From Candidatus Uhrbacteria bacterium (GTDB taxonomy: Bacteria > Patescibacteriota > Patescibacteriia > UBA9934), in the NCBI GenBank assembly GCA_963822405.1, contig CAWGHH010000001.1, positions 293,373 through 357,372 of the forward strand: a stretch of DNA of 64,000 nucleotides. The letters are read 5' to 3'. Shown piece after piece: positions 29,947 through 38,457 of this stretch. A program made the position numbers and the translations under genes. Within the stretch, counting starts at the first letter, position 1; each line of letters begins with the position of its first letter. The notes below the pieces were generated by a model. That model had not been told where the DNA came from. It saw nothing but the letters and a program-made list of their open reading frames with translations, and did no database searches.

Positions 29947-30912
29947 ATGAAAAAGAAAACCGGATTGGTTGTATATCAGACAAAGACCGGAGCGATCGAG
30001 CTTCGGGGCGATGCTGAAAAACAGACTCTCTGGGCAACTCTCGATCAGATTGCTGATGTTTTTGGACGTGATAAATCTGTGATTTCGCGCCATTTTTCGA
30101 GTATTTTCAAAGAAAAAGAGCTTGACCGAAATTCAGTTGTTGCAAAAAATGCAACAACTGCCGCTGATGGCAAAACCTATCAAGTAGCGTTTTATAATTT
30201 GGACGCGATTATCTCGGTTGGATACCGTGTTAATTCGGTTACTGCCACGAAATTCCGTCAGTGGGCAACGAAAACTTTACGTCAACACATTACTAAAGGA
30301 TACACTATAAACCCAAAGGTAATTAAGAATAACTACGCCGAATTCCAGAGGGCTATTGCGGGAATTAGGCATCTTTTGCCTGAGGGGTCGCCGATTGATC
30401 ATGCGAGCGTACTCGAGCTCATTTCCGCTTTTGCTGATACTTGGTTGTCGCTCGATGCTTATGACAAGGAGAATCTCGTAACAAAAGGGGCGACGAAAAA
30501 GTCCGTTACTTTAACGGCCGAACAACTTTCGGCAGCGCTTTCGGATTTTAAGACGGAACTCGTAAAGAAAGGCGAGGCGACTGAATTGTTCGGCATCGAA
30601 CGGAATGCTGGGAATGTGCAGGGTATTGTCGGGAATGTCATGCAGTCTTTTGGTGGAAAGGCGATGTATGCCACCATTGAGGAGAAGGCGGCGCATCTTC
30701 TATATTTCATTATCAAAAATCATCCATTTACGGACGGGAATAAGCGCAGCGGCGCCTATGCCTTTATTTGGTTCTTGCACCGTGCGGGCACCCTTGATCG
30801 CTCAAGAATCACTCCGCCAGCTCTCACCGCTTTAACGTTGTTTATCGCTGAAAGTGATCCTAAGAATAAAGAGCAGATGACTAAACTTGTTTTGCAGTTG
30901 CTGAAAAAATAG
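29947..30912 (+). CDS. RhuM-like / Fic-Doc fusion protein
   Basis: YNLDAIISVGYRVNS...FRQWAT and HPFTDGNKRSG (Doc-type). Confidence 0.87.
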   Translation: MKKKTGLVVYQTKTGAIELRGDAEKQTLWATLDQIADVFGRDKSVISRHFSSIFKEKELDRNSVVAKNATTAADGKTYQVAFYNLDAIISVGYRVNSVTATKFRQWATKTLRQHITKGYTINPKVIKNNYAEFQRAIAGIRHLLPEGSPIDHASVLELISAFADTWLSLDAYDKENLVTKGATKKSVTLTAEQLSAALSDFKTELVKKGEATELFGIERNAGNVQGIVGNVMQSFGGKAMYATIEEKAAHLLYFIIKNHPFTDGNKRSGAYAFIWFLHRAGTLDRSRITPPALTALTLFIAESDPKNKEQMTKLVLQLLKK

Positions 30913-31073
30913 CCGCTATAGAGTTCGATTCCGCAAAGGCGTGCTCGTCTATTGTGAGTTCGACACGCTAGCGATGGTGGAGATTTATAGGAAGTTTCAC
31001 TTAGTAATTCTATAGCCAGCACAACAAATTGACCCTTTTATATCCAGTTGTTAATCTCTTAGTAGGAGGCATC

Positions 31074-31316
31074 ATGGCACTTACACCGAAGCTCCACCTT
31101 TCGCGAATTGAGAATCAAGGCGTTGAGCTGTGCGAGATGCGCCTCGACGAGGCGATTCGTGATAAGTATCCCGGAAGCGGCAAATTGATCGTGGACGTGT
31201 CGCTCGGCCAGGAGTACCTTACCTGGCGGGTTCAGTCCGTGATCCGTCAGCGTTTTCTTTCGGCCGGCTGGCGCGAAGTCAGCTTCTATTTCGAGAGGGT
31301 TACACTGTCCGTTTAG
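31074..31316 (+). CDS. Small hypothetical protein
   Basis: AGGAGG SD at 31064; TTGACC -35 at 31029. Confidence 0.55.
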   Translation: MALTPKLHLSRIENQGVELCEMRLDEAIRDKYPGSGKLIVDVSLGQEYLTWRVQSVIRQRFLSAGWREVSFYFERVTLSV

Positions 31317-31372
31317 CGGGCGGGCGTTATCGAGTAGAGAATTCCAATCATAGGCAACCCAGGGAGGACGAC

Positions 31373-31570
31373 ATGCTTAGTAAGGAATTGATCGAAGAAA
31401 CCAGACGTCATATTGACGAAGTCGGGGCGGGGCCAGCCGTCAACGGCGTGTTTCCGCTCCTGCCCGGATACGACCATGATGGCAACCCGCTTTCTCCGAA
31501 TGAGAGCGCTCGCCTACAGGGACTGTCTCGCCGTGCGAAACGTCTCGGTCTGTCCAGCATCAGCGGCTGA
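31373..31570 (+). CDS. Small hypothetical protein
   Basis: GGAGG SD; followed by hairpin GAGGCCTCC...GGAGGCCTTTT. Confidence 0.5.
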   Translation: MLSKELIEETRRHIDEVGAGPAVNGVFPLLPGYDHDGNPLSPNESARLQGLSRRAKRLGLSSISG

Positions 31571-31668
31571 AGCCGTGTGCATCTCGAGGCCTCCCACCGG
31601 AGGCCTTTTGCTTTTGACCTTTTCGTACTGGTGTGATGTCATGTCCACGCCCTTGTTTTGGAGGTCTC

Positions 31669-32001
31669 ATGTTCCAGGTCACCAACGCGAACGAGCTCAT
31701 GGAGCTTGTGGCGTATCTGAACTTTGTGCTGACAATGACGGTAATCGGTATGCTGTTGCTCTCTGTCTGCTGGGGTGGGAGCAACGATATCTTCACTCGA
31801 AGTATGGAGAACAGGGAGCGTTGGAAGACAACAGCACTATTCACCTTCGGTATAATCGGCTTCAGCTATTGGACGACGTTCGGTCGTACTGTCGTTGGCC
31901 TCTTGGAGGCGTGCGCATTCGCTGTGACGATGGTCAGTATCGCAAGCGGTATCATCGCCTTCAGCGTCTATTGCATCCGTCCCGTTCCTTCGTCTGAATA
32001 A
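31669..32001 (+). CDS. Small membrane protein (about 3 TM)
   Basis: GGAGG SD before ATG at 31669; followed by a similar hairpin terminator. Confidence 0.5.
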   Translation: MFQVTNANELMELVAYLNFVLTMTVIGMLLLSVCWGGSNDIFTRSMENRERWKTTALFTFGIIGFSYWTTFGRTVVGLLEACAFAVTMVSIASGIIAFSVYCIRPVPSSE

Positions 32002-32044
32002 TCGGCAACTCGTACGAGGTCTCCATTCGGAGGCCTTTCGCTTT

Positions 32045-33026
32045 TTATCGGAGATCCTTCGGCAAGAAACTAATCCCGGCGAGTAATGGGGTGATGTCTT
32101 CTTGGTTTTCGTTTTGCGCAGAGCATAACCGGTTCCGCTTTTCCGATTGCATATGCGACGCTTATCAGGCACTCGTGCGCCTTGCCGGACCTCACGATGT
32201 CGACAGCGACTTCGCGGGCTTTGCGGGCGGCTGAGCGGTCGACCTTCGTCATGTCTTTGCCGGCCGTAGCTCCGCCTCCGTGAGCAACGATTCCACCGTA
32301 TGAATCGACAGCTAATTTTCGACCAGTGAGTCCAGTGTCGGCCGCGAATCCACCGATGACGAATTTGCCGGTTGGGTTTGTAAGAATCTCCATGTTTGGC
32401 GCGCGGAATTCCTCGGGGATAACGGGGAAGATTACTTTTTCAATGAGCGTTTTTCGAATCTCTTCTTGAGAAACGTTCTCGTCATGCTGGGTACTAATGA
32501 GAACGACGGTGACCTTTCCGTTCTCCATGGTGATTTGGGCTTTGCCGTCGGGGCGGAGCCAGGAGATAGGGCCGACATTGAAGTCGGCCCGTACTTCGCC
32601 CCGTCGGAGTTCGGTGAGTTTATCGGTTAATTGGCGAACAAAGACCAATCCCCGAGGCAGAAATTCCGGTGTTTCATCCGTCGCAAAGCCGTACATGATA
32701 CCTTGATCTCCTGCGCCACCGGTGTCGACACCCTGGGCGATGTCGGGGGATTGCGTAGTAATATGCTCGATAACTTTCAAAGTATCGTCGTAGCCAATAT
32801 CGTGATAGACCTTGAGCGCGACGGCTGAATAGTCGACTTTGGCCTTAGTAGTAATCTCGCCACCAAGGACAAGGAGACCGTGACTGCCGAAGGTTTCAAT
32901 GGCGACTCGACTATCCTTATCTTGCGCAACACACGCATCCAAAATTGCATCGGAAATCTGATCGCAGACTTTATCTGGGTGACCAATAGTGACGGATTCG
33001 ACTGTGTAGAGACGGGGAGTGAACAT
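32045..33026 (-). pseudogene. metK: S-adenosylmethionine synthetase, frameshifted/truncated at 3' end as given
   Basis: ESVTIGHPDKVCDQISD, GAGDQG, RPDGKAQ, DTGLTGRK, GKDMTKVDRS; frame lost at ~32113; terminal GHFG motif absent. Confidence 0.8.
32569..32594 (-). repeat. REP-like hairpin in frame in metK
   Basis: GTAC-GGGCCGAC-TTCAAT-GTCGGCCC; encodes VRADFNVGP. Confidence 0.7.
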
Positions 33027-33050
33027 AAAAATAACGCCTCTTTGGGCGTC
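33027..33050 (-). terminator. Riboswitch expression-platform hairpin directly before metK ATG
   Basis: GACGCCC-AAAG-AGGCGTT followed by ATTTTT. Confidence 0.6.
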
Positions 33051-33057
33051 TAATAAT

Positions 33058-33153
33058 AATTATCTGCCCCTTTCGGGCTGGAGTTAGCACCTTCTCGAGA
33101 GAGGGTTGCTGCCGTGTCATTGGGCCAGGACCCTCGACGGACTCTTGATATAT
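33058..33153 (-). ncRNA. SAM-I (S-box) riboswitch
   Basis: TATCAAGAG...GAGGG..CTGGCCC.ATGA...GCAACC...GGTGCTAA.TCC...AGATA consensus, upstream of metK. Confidence 0.9.
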
Positions 33154-33272
33154 TCAATTGTCGAACGGGAAGTAGTTTAGCACATGTGTTCTTGAGTACA
33201 ACTAAAACCAAATTCCCCTCAGCCTTTTGAGCATTGGGGAATCTGTGGTCCCGGGCCTGGGATTTTCTCCTA

Positions 33273-33348
33273 TGGACCCAACGGGATTCGAACCCGTAAT
33301 TTCTGGATGACAATCCGGACAAGGTTAACCAATTACCTCCATAGGCCC
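33273..33348 (-). tRNA. tRNA, Asp(GTC)-like but atypical (8-nt anticodon loop)
   Basis: Cloverleaf: GGGCCTA/TGGGTCC acceptor, GAGG/CCTT D stem, TCCGG/CCAGA anticodon stem, ACGGG-TTCGAAT-CCCGT T arm. Confidence 0.7.
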
Positions 33349-33566
33349 CAATGGCCCGGGGTAAAAAACAATACAAACCCCGCCAGTAAAGGGGAGTTTG
33401 TATTGTTGTCATCCATTTGGAAGGTATTGCTACCTCGCCCGGATATATACATTTCACCATATCCCCGAGCGCTTAGTCAATCTCCTGTGGATAACGTGCG
33501 GATAGCTAGAGAAACATAGCACTTCCATGCTATCGGCTAAGTGGGGGATTTGGTAAGCTCTGGGAC

Positions 33567-36500
33567 ATGGAATCCAAGGACTTCGTCTATCTTCATAATC
33601 ACTCCCACTATTCATTGCTTGAGGCTCTTCCTAAGCCAAAAGCAATTGTTAAGCGTGCTAAAGAATTGGGGATGAATGCTGTTGCACTCACTGATAACGC
33701 GAACCTTTATGGGGCGGTTGAGTTTTTCAAAGCGTGTAAGGACGCGGAGATGAAGCCGATTTTGGGTGTCGACATGTACGTAGCACAGCACCGCATGACG
33801 GACAAGCGAGCGCGCGTGGATGATCGACCTTACCGGTTAGTTCTTTTGATCGAGAATGAGGAAGGCTATAGAAACATTTGTAAAATTGTGACCGCGGGAT
33901 TCCTTGAAGGTTTCTACTACAAGCCTCGTGTCGATAAGGAATATTTGCGCGCGCACTCGAAAGGCCTGATTGCACTTTCAGGTGCTGTCGCGGGGGAGGT
34001 GCCGAATGCGGCGAGTAACGGTGACATGGAGAAAGCAAAAACGTTAATTGCTGAGTACCAGGATATTTTTGGCAAAGAAAACTTTTTTCTTGAGATGATC
34101 CATCACCCGGACATGCCCCGGCAGGTGGAGGTGAACGAGGCTTTTAGAAAGTTATCGGCCGAAACTGGCGCGCCGTTAGTGGTTACTCGAAATACTTTCT
34201 ACCTCGATACTGAGGATCGCGAAGGTTACGAGGCACAGTTGTGTATTCAGCGTGGCCGAACGCTTGAAGAATATCGCCGAACTAGTACAGAAGAGATTGA
34301 TCTTTCTTTTGGCGAGCCAGCCGAAATGTTTGAGGCCTTTGCAGATACTCCCGAGGCGTTTGAGAACACTCGAAAGATCGCTGATCGCATTAATTTTCAA
34401 ATGGAGCTCGGTAAAAACTTTTTGCCGAATTTTCCGTTACCAGAAGGAAAAACTGACGCCGACGTTCTGCACGAATTATGTATCAAGGGGCTGAAGTTCC
34501 GTTACGCTGACCCGATTCCGCCTCACGTGATGGAGCGCTTCGAGTTCGAGTATTCAACGATCGTGAAAATGGGTTTTCCATCTTACTTCTTGATCGTGCA
34601 GGATTATATTGTTTGGGCTAAGGATCATGGCGTGCTGGTTGGTCCTGGTCGTGGTTCGGCCGCCGGTTCAATCGTCGCCTACGCCCTCAAGATTACGGAC
34701 ATTGATCCGCTCGCTTACGGCCTACTTTTCGAGCGTTTCTTGAACCCTGACCGTATCAGCTTGCCGGATATCGATACTGACTTCGCGGACACTGGTCGCG
34801 GTAAGGTTCTTGAGTATGTAACGCAAAAGTACGGCGCTGATCACGTGGCCGGCATCATCACTTTTGGAACGCTCATGCCCCGGGCGGCTATTCGTGATGC
34901 GTCACGCGTTCTTGGTTTGTCATTCCAGGAGGCTGACGTGATTGCTAAGGTTGTGCCCCCGCCGGTTCAGGGTAAGCAGACGCCACTAAAAGTTGCGATT
35001 GTCGAGTCGCCCGATCTGCACATGATGTACGAAGGGAATCCAATGGCTCGGCGAGTGCTTGATCTGGCCATGAAGCTGGAAGGCAATCCGCGCCACGCGT
35101 CCCAGCACGCTTGTGGAATTGTTATTGGTGACCGGCCTTTGGTCGAGCGTGCCCCACTTCAAGGTGGTCAGCATGAGGACATGGCGCTCATCACGCAGTA
35201 TTCACTTAACTCGTCGGAAGCAGCGGGACTAGTCAAAATGGACTTCCTTGGTTTGTCGAACTTGACCGTCATTGAAGACGCGATGGCGATTATTAAGGCG
35301 GTAACTGGCGACGTGATCGACATAGACACGATTAACTTAAAAGATCCAAAAGTGTTTGCCTTGCTCGGTCGAGCCGAAACTACCGGTGTGTTCCAGCTCG
35401 AGTCCGACGGCATGAAGCGTTACATCAAAGAGCTGCAACCGTCGGCGTTCGAAGATATCATCGCTATGGTGTCGCTTTATCGCCCTGGTCCGATGCAGTT
35501 TATTGATAGTTACATTCGCCGAAAGCACGGACTTGAAAGAGTAGTTTACGAGCACCCGCTCATGGAAAATGCGTTTAAAGAAACGTACGGTATTCCGGTT
35601 TACCAGGAGCAGGTTATGCAGGTCTCGAAAGACCTTGCCGGTTTTACTGGGGGAGAAGCTGACAGTTTGCGTAAAGCCATGGGTAAGAAAATTGCGGAGC
35701 TGATGGCGAAGATGAAGGTTAAATTTGTTGAAGGTGCGATGAAAAATGGCGTGAAGGAGCAGGTTGCGGTCAAGATTTTTCAGAAACTCGAAGACTTTGC
35801 GGCTTACGGTTTTAACAAGTCGCATGCTGCTTGTTACGCCATGATTGCGTACAGAACTGCGTATCTTAAGGCGTACTATCCCGAATGTTTCATGGCCGCG
35901 CTCATGAATTCGGACGCGGGGAACATTGACCGTATTACGATCGAGGTCGACGAGTGTACGCGTATGGGCATGAAGGTGCTGCCCCCAGATGTGAACGAAT
36001 CGTTCGCCGGTTTTGCGGTGGTGAAGGGGACACGCAATATTCGTTGGGGACTGATGGCGATTAAGAACGTAGGAACTGAAGTCGCCGAGTTGATTGTTAA
36101 AGAACGAAAAACTAACGGGGACTTTAAAGACTTGCCGGACTTTTTGGCTAGAGTAAATTCGCGTGCGTTTAACAAGAAGACGCTCGAAGCGCTCTTGAAG
36201 ACCGGCGCGTTCGACAAGTTCGGGGACCGCATCACGCTCGTGACTAACCTCGACAGTTTAGTGATGTACAACAAACAAGTGAACGAGGAACGGGAGCGCA
36301 ATCAATCGTCGTTGTTCGAGCTGACGCCAGAGATGAATGCGAAGAAATTGATTCTGCGCCCAGCTGATCCGTTGCCAAAGAGCGCCATGCTCGCCTGGGA
36401 AAAAGAATTGCTTGGTTTGTATGTGTCGAGTCACCCGGCTGGTTTGTTTTTCGACCAGTTTTCAAGGTTCGTCGTGCCGACTAAGAAAATAAACGAGCTG

Positions 36501-37106
36501 CCGGACAAGACACTGATCAAAGTATGCGGTGTCATCGCAGCTGTTAAACAGATTTATACTAAGGCCAAGAACGAGCCGATGGCCTTTGTTCGCATCGAGG
36601 ATCCGAGCGGGGGAGTAGAATGCGTAGTCTTCCCAAAAACCTACGTCATTGTCCGCGAAAAGCTGAATCCCGACACTTTCGTCGTCATAACCGGCAAGGT
36701 CTCCGTTCGCAAACGCGAAGAATCCGATATCGAAGAGCATTCAATTCTGGTCGACGGCGTCATTTCATTCACGGAGGCCGAAATCCCTGAAATCGCCGGG
36801 ATGCTCGGGGCTGGCGGATTTGATGCAGAGCGGCCCGCGGCGCAGCGTAGGGATTTGGCGGCGCCAAATCCGTACACCGCGGTCGTGTCCGCATTCACCA
36901 TCAAAGTCCCCGATCGCCCCTCAAATGAAATGATCATGAAATTGCGCGACATCTTCCGCGCCTCTCCCGGCACCGTTCGCGTACATCTCGAAGTCATGAG
37001 CGCCGGCGAACCCAAGAAAATCGCTACCGAGTACTGCATTTCCGCCACTCGCGAAGTCGCCCGCAAGGTCGGAGAGATAGTGGGGGAGGAAAACGTGAAA
37101 TATTAG
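33567..37106 (+). CDS. dnaE: DNA polymerase III alpha subunit
   Basis: PHP domain (HNHSHYSLL), GRGSAAGS, PDIDTD, KMDFLGL, GFNKSHA, OB fold. Confidence 0.97.
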   Translation: MESKDFVYLHNHSHYSLLEALPKPKAIVKRAKELGMNAVALTDNANLYGAVEFFKACKDAEMKPILGVDMYVAQHRMTDKRARVDDRPYRLVLLIENEEGYRNICKIVTAGFLEGFYYKPRVDKEYLRAHSKGLIALSGAVAGEVPNAASNGDMEKAKTLIAEYQDIFGKENFFLEMIHHPDMPRQVEVNEAFRKLSAETGAPLVVTRNTFYLDTEDREGYEAQLCIQRGRTLEEYRRTSTEEIDLSFGEPAEMFEAFADTPEAFENTRKIADRINFQMELGKNFLPNFPLPEGKTDADVLHELCIKGLKFRYADPIPPHVMERFEFEYSTIVKMGFPSYFLIVQDYIVWAKDHGVLVGPGRGSAAGSIVAYALKITDIDPLAYGLLFERFLNPDRISLPDIDTDFADTGRGKVLEYVTQKYGADHVAGIITFGTLMPRAAIRDASRVLGLSFQEADVIAKVVPPPVQGKQTPLKVAIVESPDLHMMYEGNPMARRVLDLAMKLEGNPRHASQHACGIVIGDRPLVERAPLQGGQHEDMALITQYSLNSSEAAGLVKMDFLGLSNLTVIEDAMAIIKAVTGDVIDIDTINLKDPKVFALLGRAETTGVFQLESDGMKRYIKELQPSAFEDIIAMVSLYRPGPMQFIDSYIRRKHGLERVVYEHPLMENAFKETYGIPVYQEQVMQVSKDLAGFTGGEADSLRKAMGKKIAELMAKMKVKFVEGAMKNGVKEQVAVKIFQKLEDFAAYGFNKSHAACYAMIAYRTAYLKAYYPECFMAALMNSDAGNIDRITIEVDECTRMGMKVLPPDVNESFAGFAVVKGTRNIRWGLMAIKNVGTEVAELIVKERKTNGDFKDLPDFLARVNSRAFNKKTLEALLKTGAFDKFGDRITLVTNLDSLVMYNKQVNEERERNQSSLFELTPEMNAKKLILRPADPLPKSAMLAWEKELLGLYVSSHPAGLFFDQFSRFVVPTKKINELPDKTLIKVCGVIAAVKQIYTKAKNEPMAFVRIEDPSGGVECVVFPKTYVIVREKLNPDTFVVITGKVSVRKREESDIEEHSILVDGVISFTEAEIPEIAGMLGAGGFDAERPAAQRRDLAAPNPYTAVVSAFTIKVPDRPSNEMIMKLRDIFRASPGTVRVHLEVMSAGEPKKIATEYCISATREVARKVGEIVGEENVKY

Positions 37107-37124
37107 TGATATAATCACGTTACT

Positions 37125-38345
37125 ATGACCGCCTCTCCTCTGAAACGTCCACCAGCTCCGCCACCTCCACCTTCCACTAGGTACGGCGGTGCAAAGTTCG
37201 TAAACGCCGGTAAAAAGCCTTTATCTCGCTCGCTAAGACTCTATCAACGCATTGCGGTTGTCTTTGTTGGCGTCACTTTTCTTCTCCTTTTGTCAGTACT
37301 TTATTTGTCGGTTTCCAGGGCAACTATCAAGATTACTGCAAATCCAAAGTTAATCACCGTAAACGCCGTGGCTGACGTGGTGGCTAATCCAACTATTGAT
37401 GGCCAGATTGCTGGCGCAGTTAAAGAAAAAACGTTTACTGGTTCTAAAACTTTTACTTTGCCAAGCGAGGGTTCACAGGCTGTTGAAGCTAAGGCAACTG
37501 GAACAGTGACGATTACGAACACAACCACGAGCAATCAATTACTTGTGGCGACTACTCGAGTTTTGTCTGACACTGGCGTGTTGTTTAGACTCGACAAGGC
37601 TACAACTGTTCCAGCTAATGGCAAAGTAGACGTTATTGTTCATGCTGACGCTGCTGGAAAGAACGGGGAAATTGCCCCAGCCAAGTTTACTATCCCAGGC
37701 TTGAATGCCACGCTCCAAAAGCAAATTACTGGTTCGAGCGTTGCTCCAATGATTGGTGGCGTGGTGTATGTTCGATCATTGACTGATAAAGACATTGCAG
37801 ACGCTGTTTCAGCTTTGTCTACTGATCTAGTTAAGCAGGCCGGCGACGAATTTAGCCAAGGACTCGACGCTTCATTAAATGGCGTTTCCTTGAAGTCGAG
37901 CATCCTCGACCAAAAAACTGATGTTCCAGTTGGCACACAGACTGGCTCGTTTACTTTGACGTTATCAATGGATGTGACCGGCGTTTACTACCAGGGCGAC
38001 CTTGTGAAAACCTATGCGCAAAACTTATTCGAGAAGCGCATTCCAGAGGGCTACGAGGCGACTAAGATTAACCTAGATGGCATGCAAGCTAAAGTAGAAG
38101 CTTCAGACGCTAAGGTAGGCGAGGCACGCATTACAATCTACCTAGACGGCAACGCTCGTCTTTCTCTCGAATCTTCCGCCCTCAGTAAAGACCGCTTCAC
38201 TGGCCGCTCGCCAAACGAGGTTTTGACCCTTCTAAAATCAAACGAAGGCATCCGTGAAGTCACCGTATCTTTCACTCCATTCTGGCTGAAACGCGTACCG
38301 ACTTTGAAGGATCATATAAAGATTGAGATTGTTGATCCTAAATAG
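37125..38345 (+). CDS. Membrane-anchored protein with baseplate-J-like domain
   Basis: TM helix then KATGTVTITN...VHADAAG..GEIAPAKFTIPGL...GG. Confidence 0.55.
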   Translation: MTASPLKRPPAPPPPPSTRYGGAKFVNAGKKPLSRSLRLYQRIAVVFVGVTFLLLLSVLYLSVSRATIKITANPKLITVNAVADVVANPTIDGQIAGAVKEKTFTGSKTFTLPSEGSQAVEAKATGTVTITNTTTSNQLLVATTRVLSDTGVLFRLDKATTVPANGKVDVIVHADAAGKNGEIAPAKFTIPGLNATLQKQITGSSVAPMIGGVVYVRSLTDKDIADAVSALSTDLVKQAGDEFSQGLDASLNGVSLKSSILDQKTDVPVGTQTGSFTLTLSMDVTGVYYQGDLVKTYAQNLFEKRIPEGYEATKINLDGMQAKVEASDAKVGEARITIYLDGNARLSLESSALSKDRFTGRSPNEVLTLLKSNEGIREVTVSFTPFWLKRVPTLKDHIKIEIVDPK

Positions 38346-38457
38346 GGTGTAGGAAGTAGGGTGTGGGGTGTATCAGAACCATACACCTCACATTCTTTTC
38401 TTTTCACTCGCTTTTTGCTACCTTTCATACACCCTACTCCCTATACGCTACCCCCTA
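38343..38457 (+). repeat. Gene-less inverted heptamer array pair before thrS
   Basis: TAGGGTG TAGGAAG TAGGGTG TGGGGTG (38343-38370) ... CACCCTA CTCCCTA TACGCTA CCCCCTA (38430-38457) followed by TG. Confidence 0.9.

Noticed and set aside
29834-30997. DGR TR/VR pair from the 68-bp imperfect repeat
   Set aside because: Mismatches include many C/T changes and are often synonymous, not adenine-specific
37125-38345. Prophage (baseplate-like gene)
   Set aside because: Isolated, membrane-anchored, between dnaE and thrS with no other phage genes
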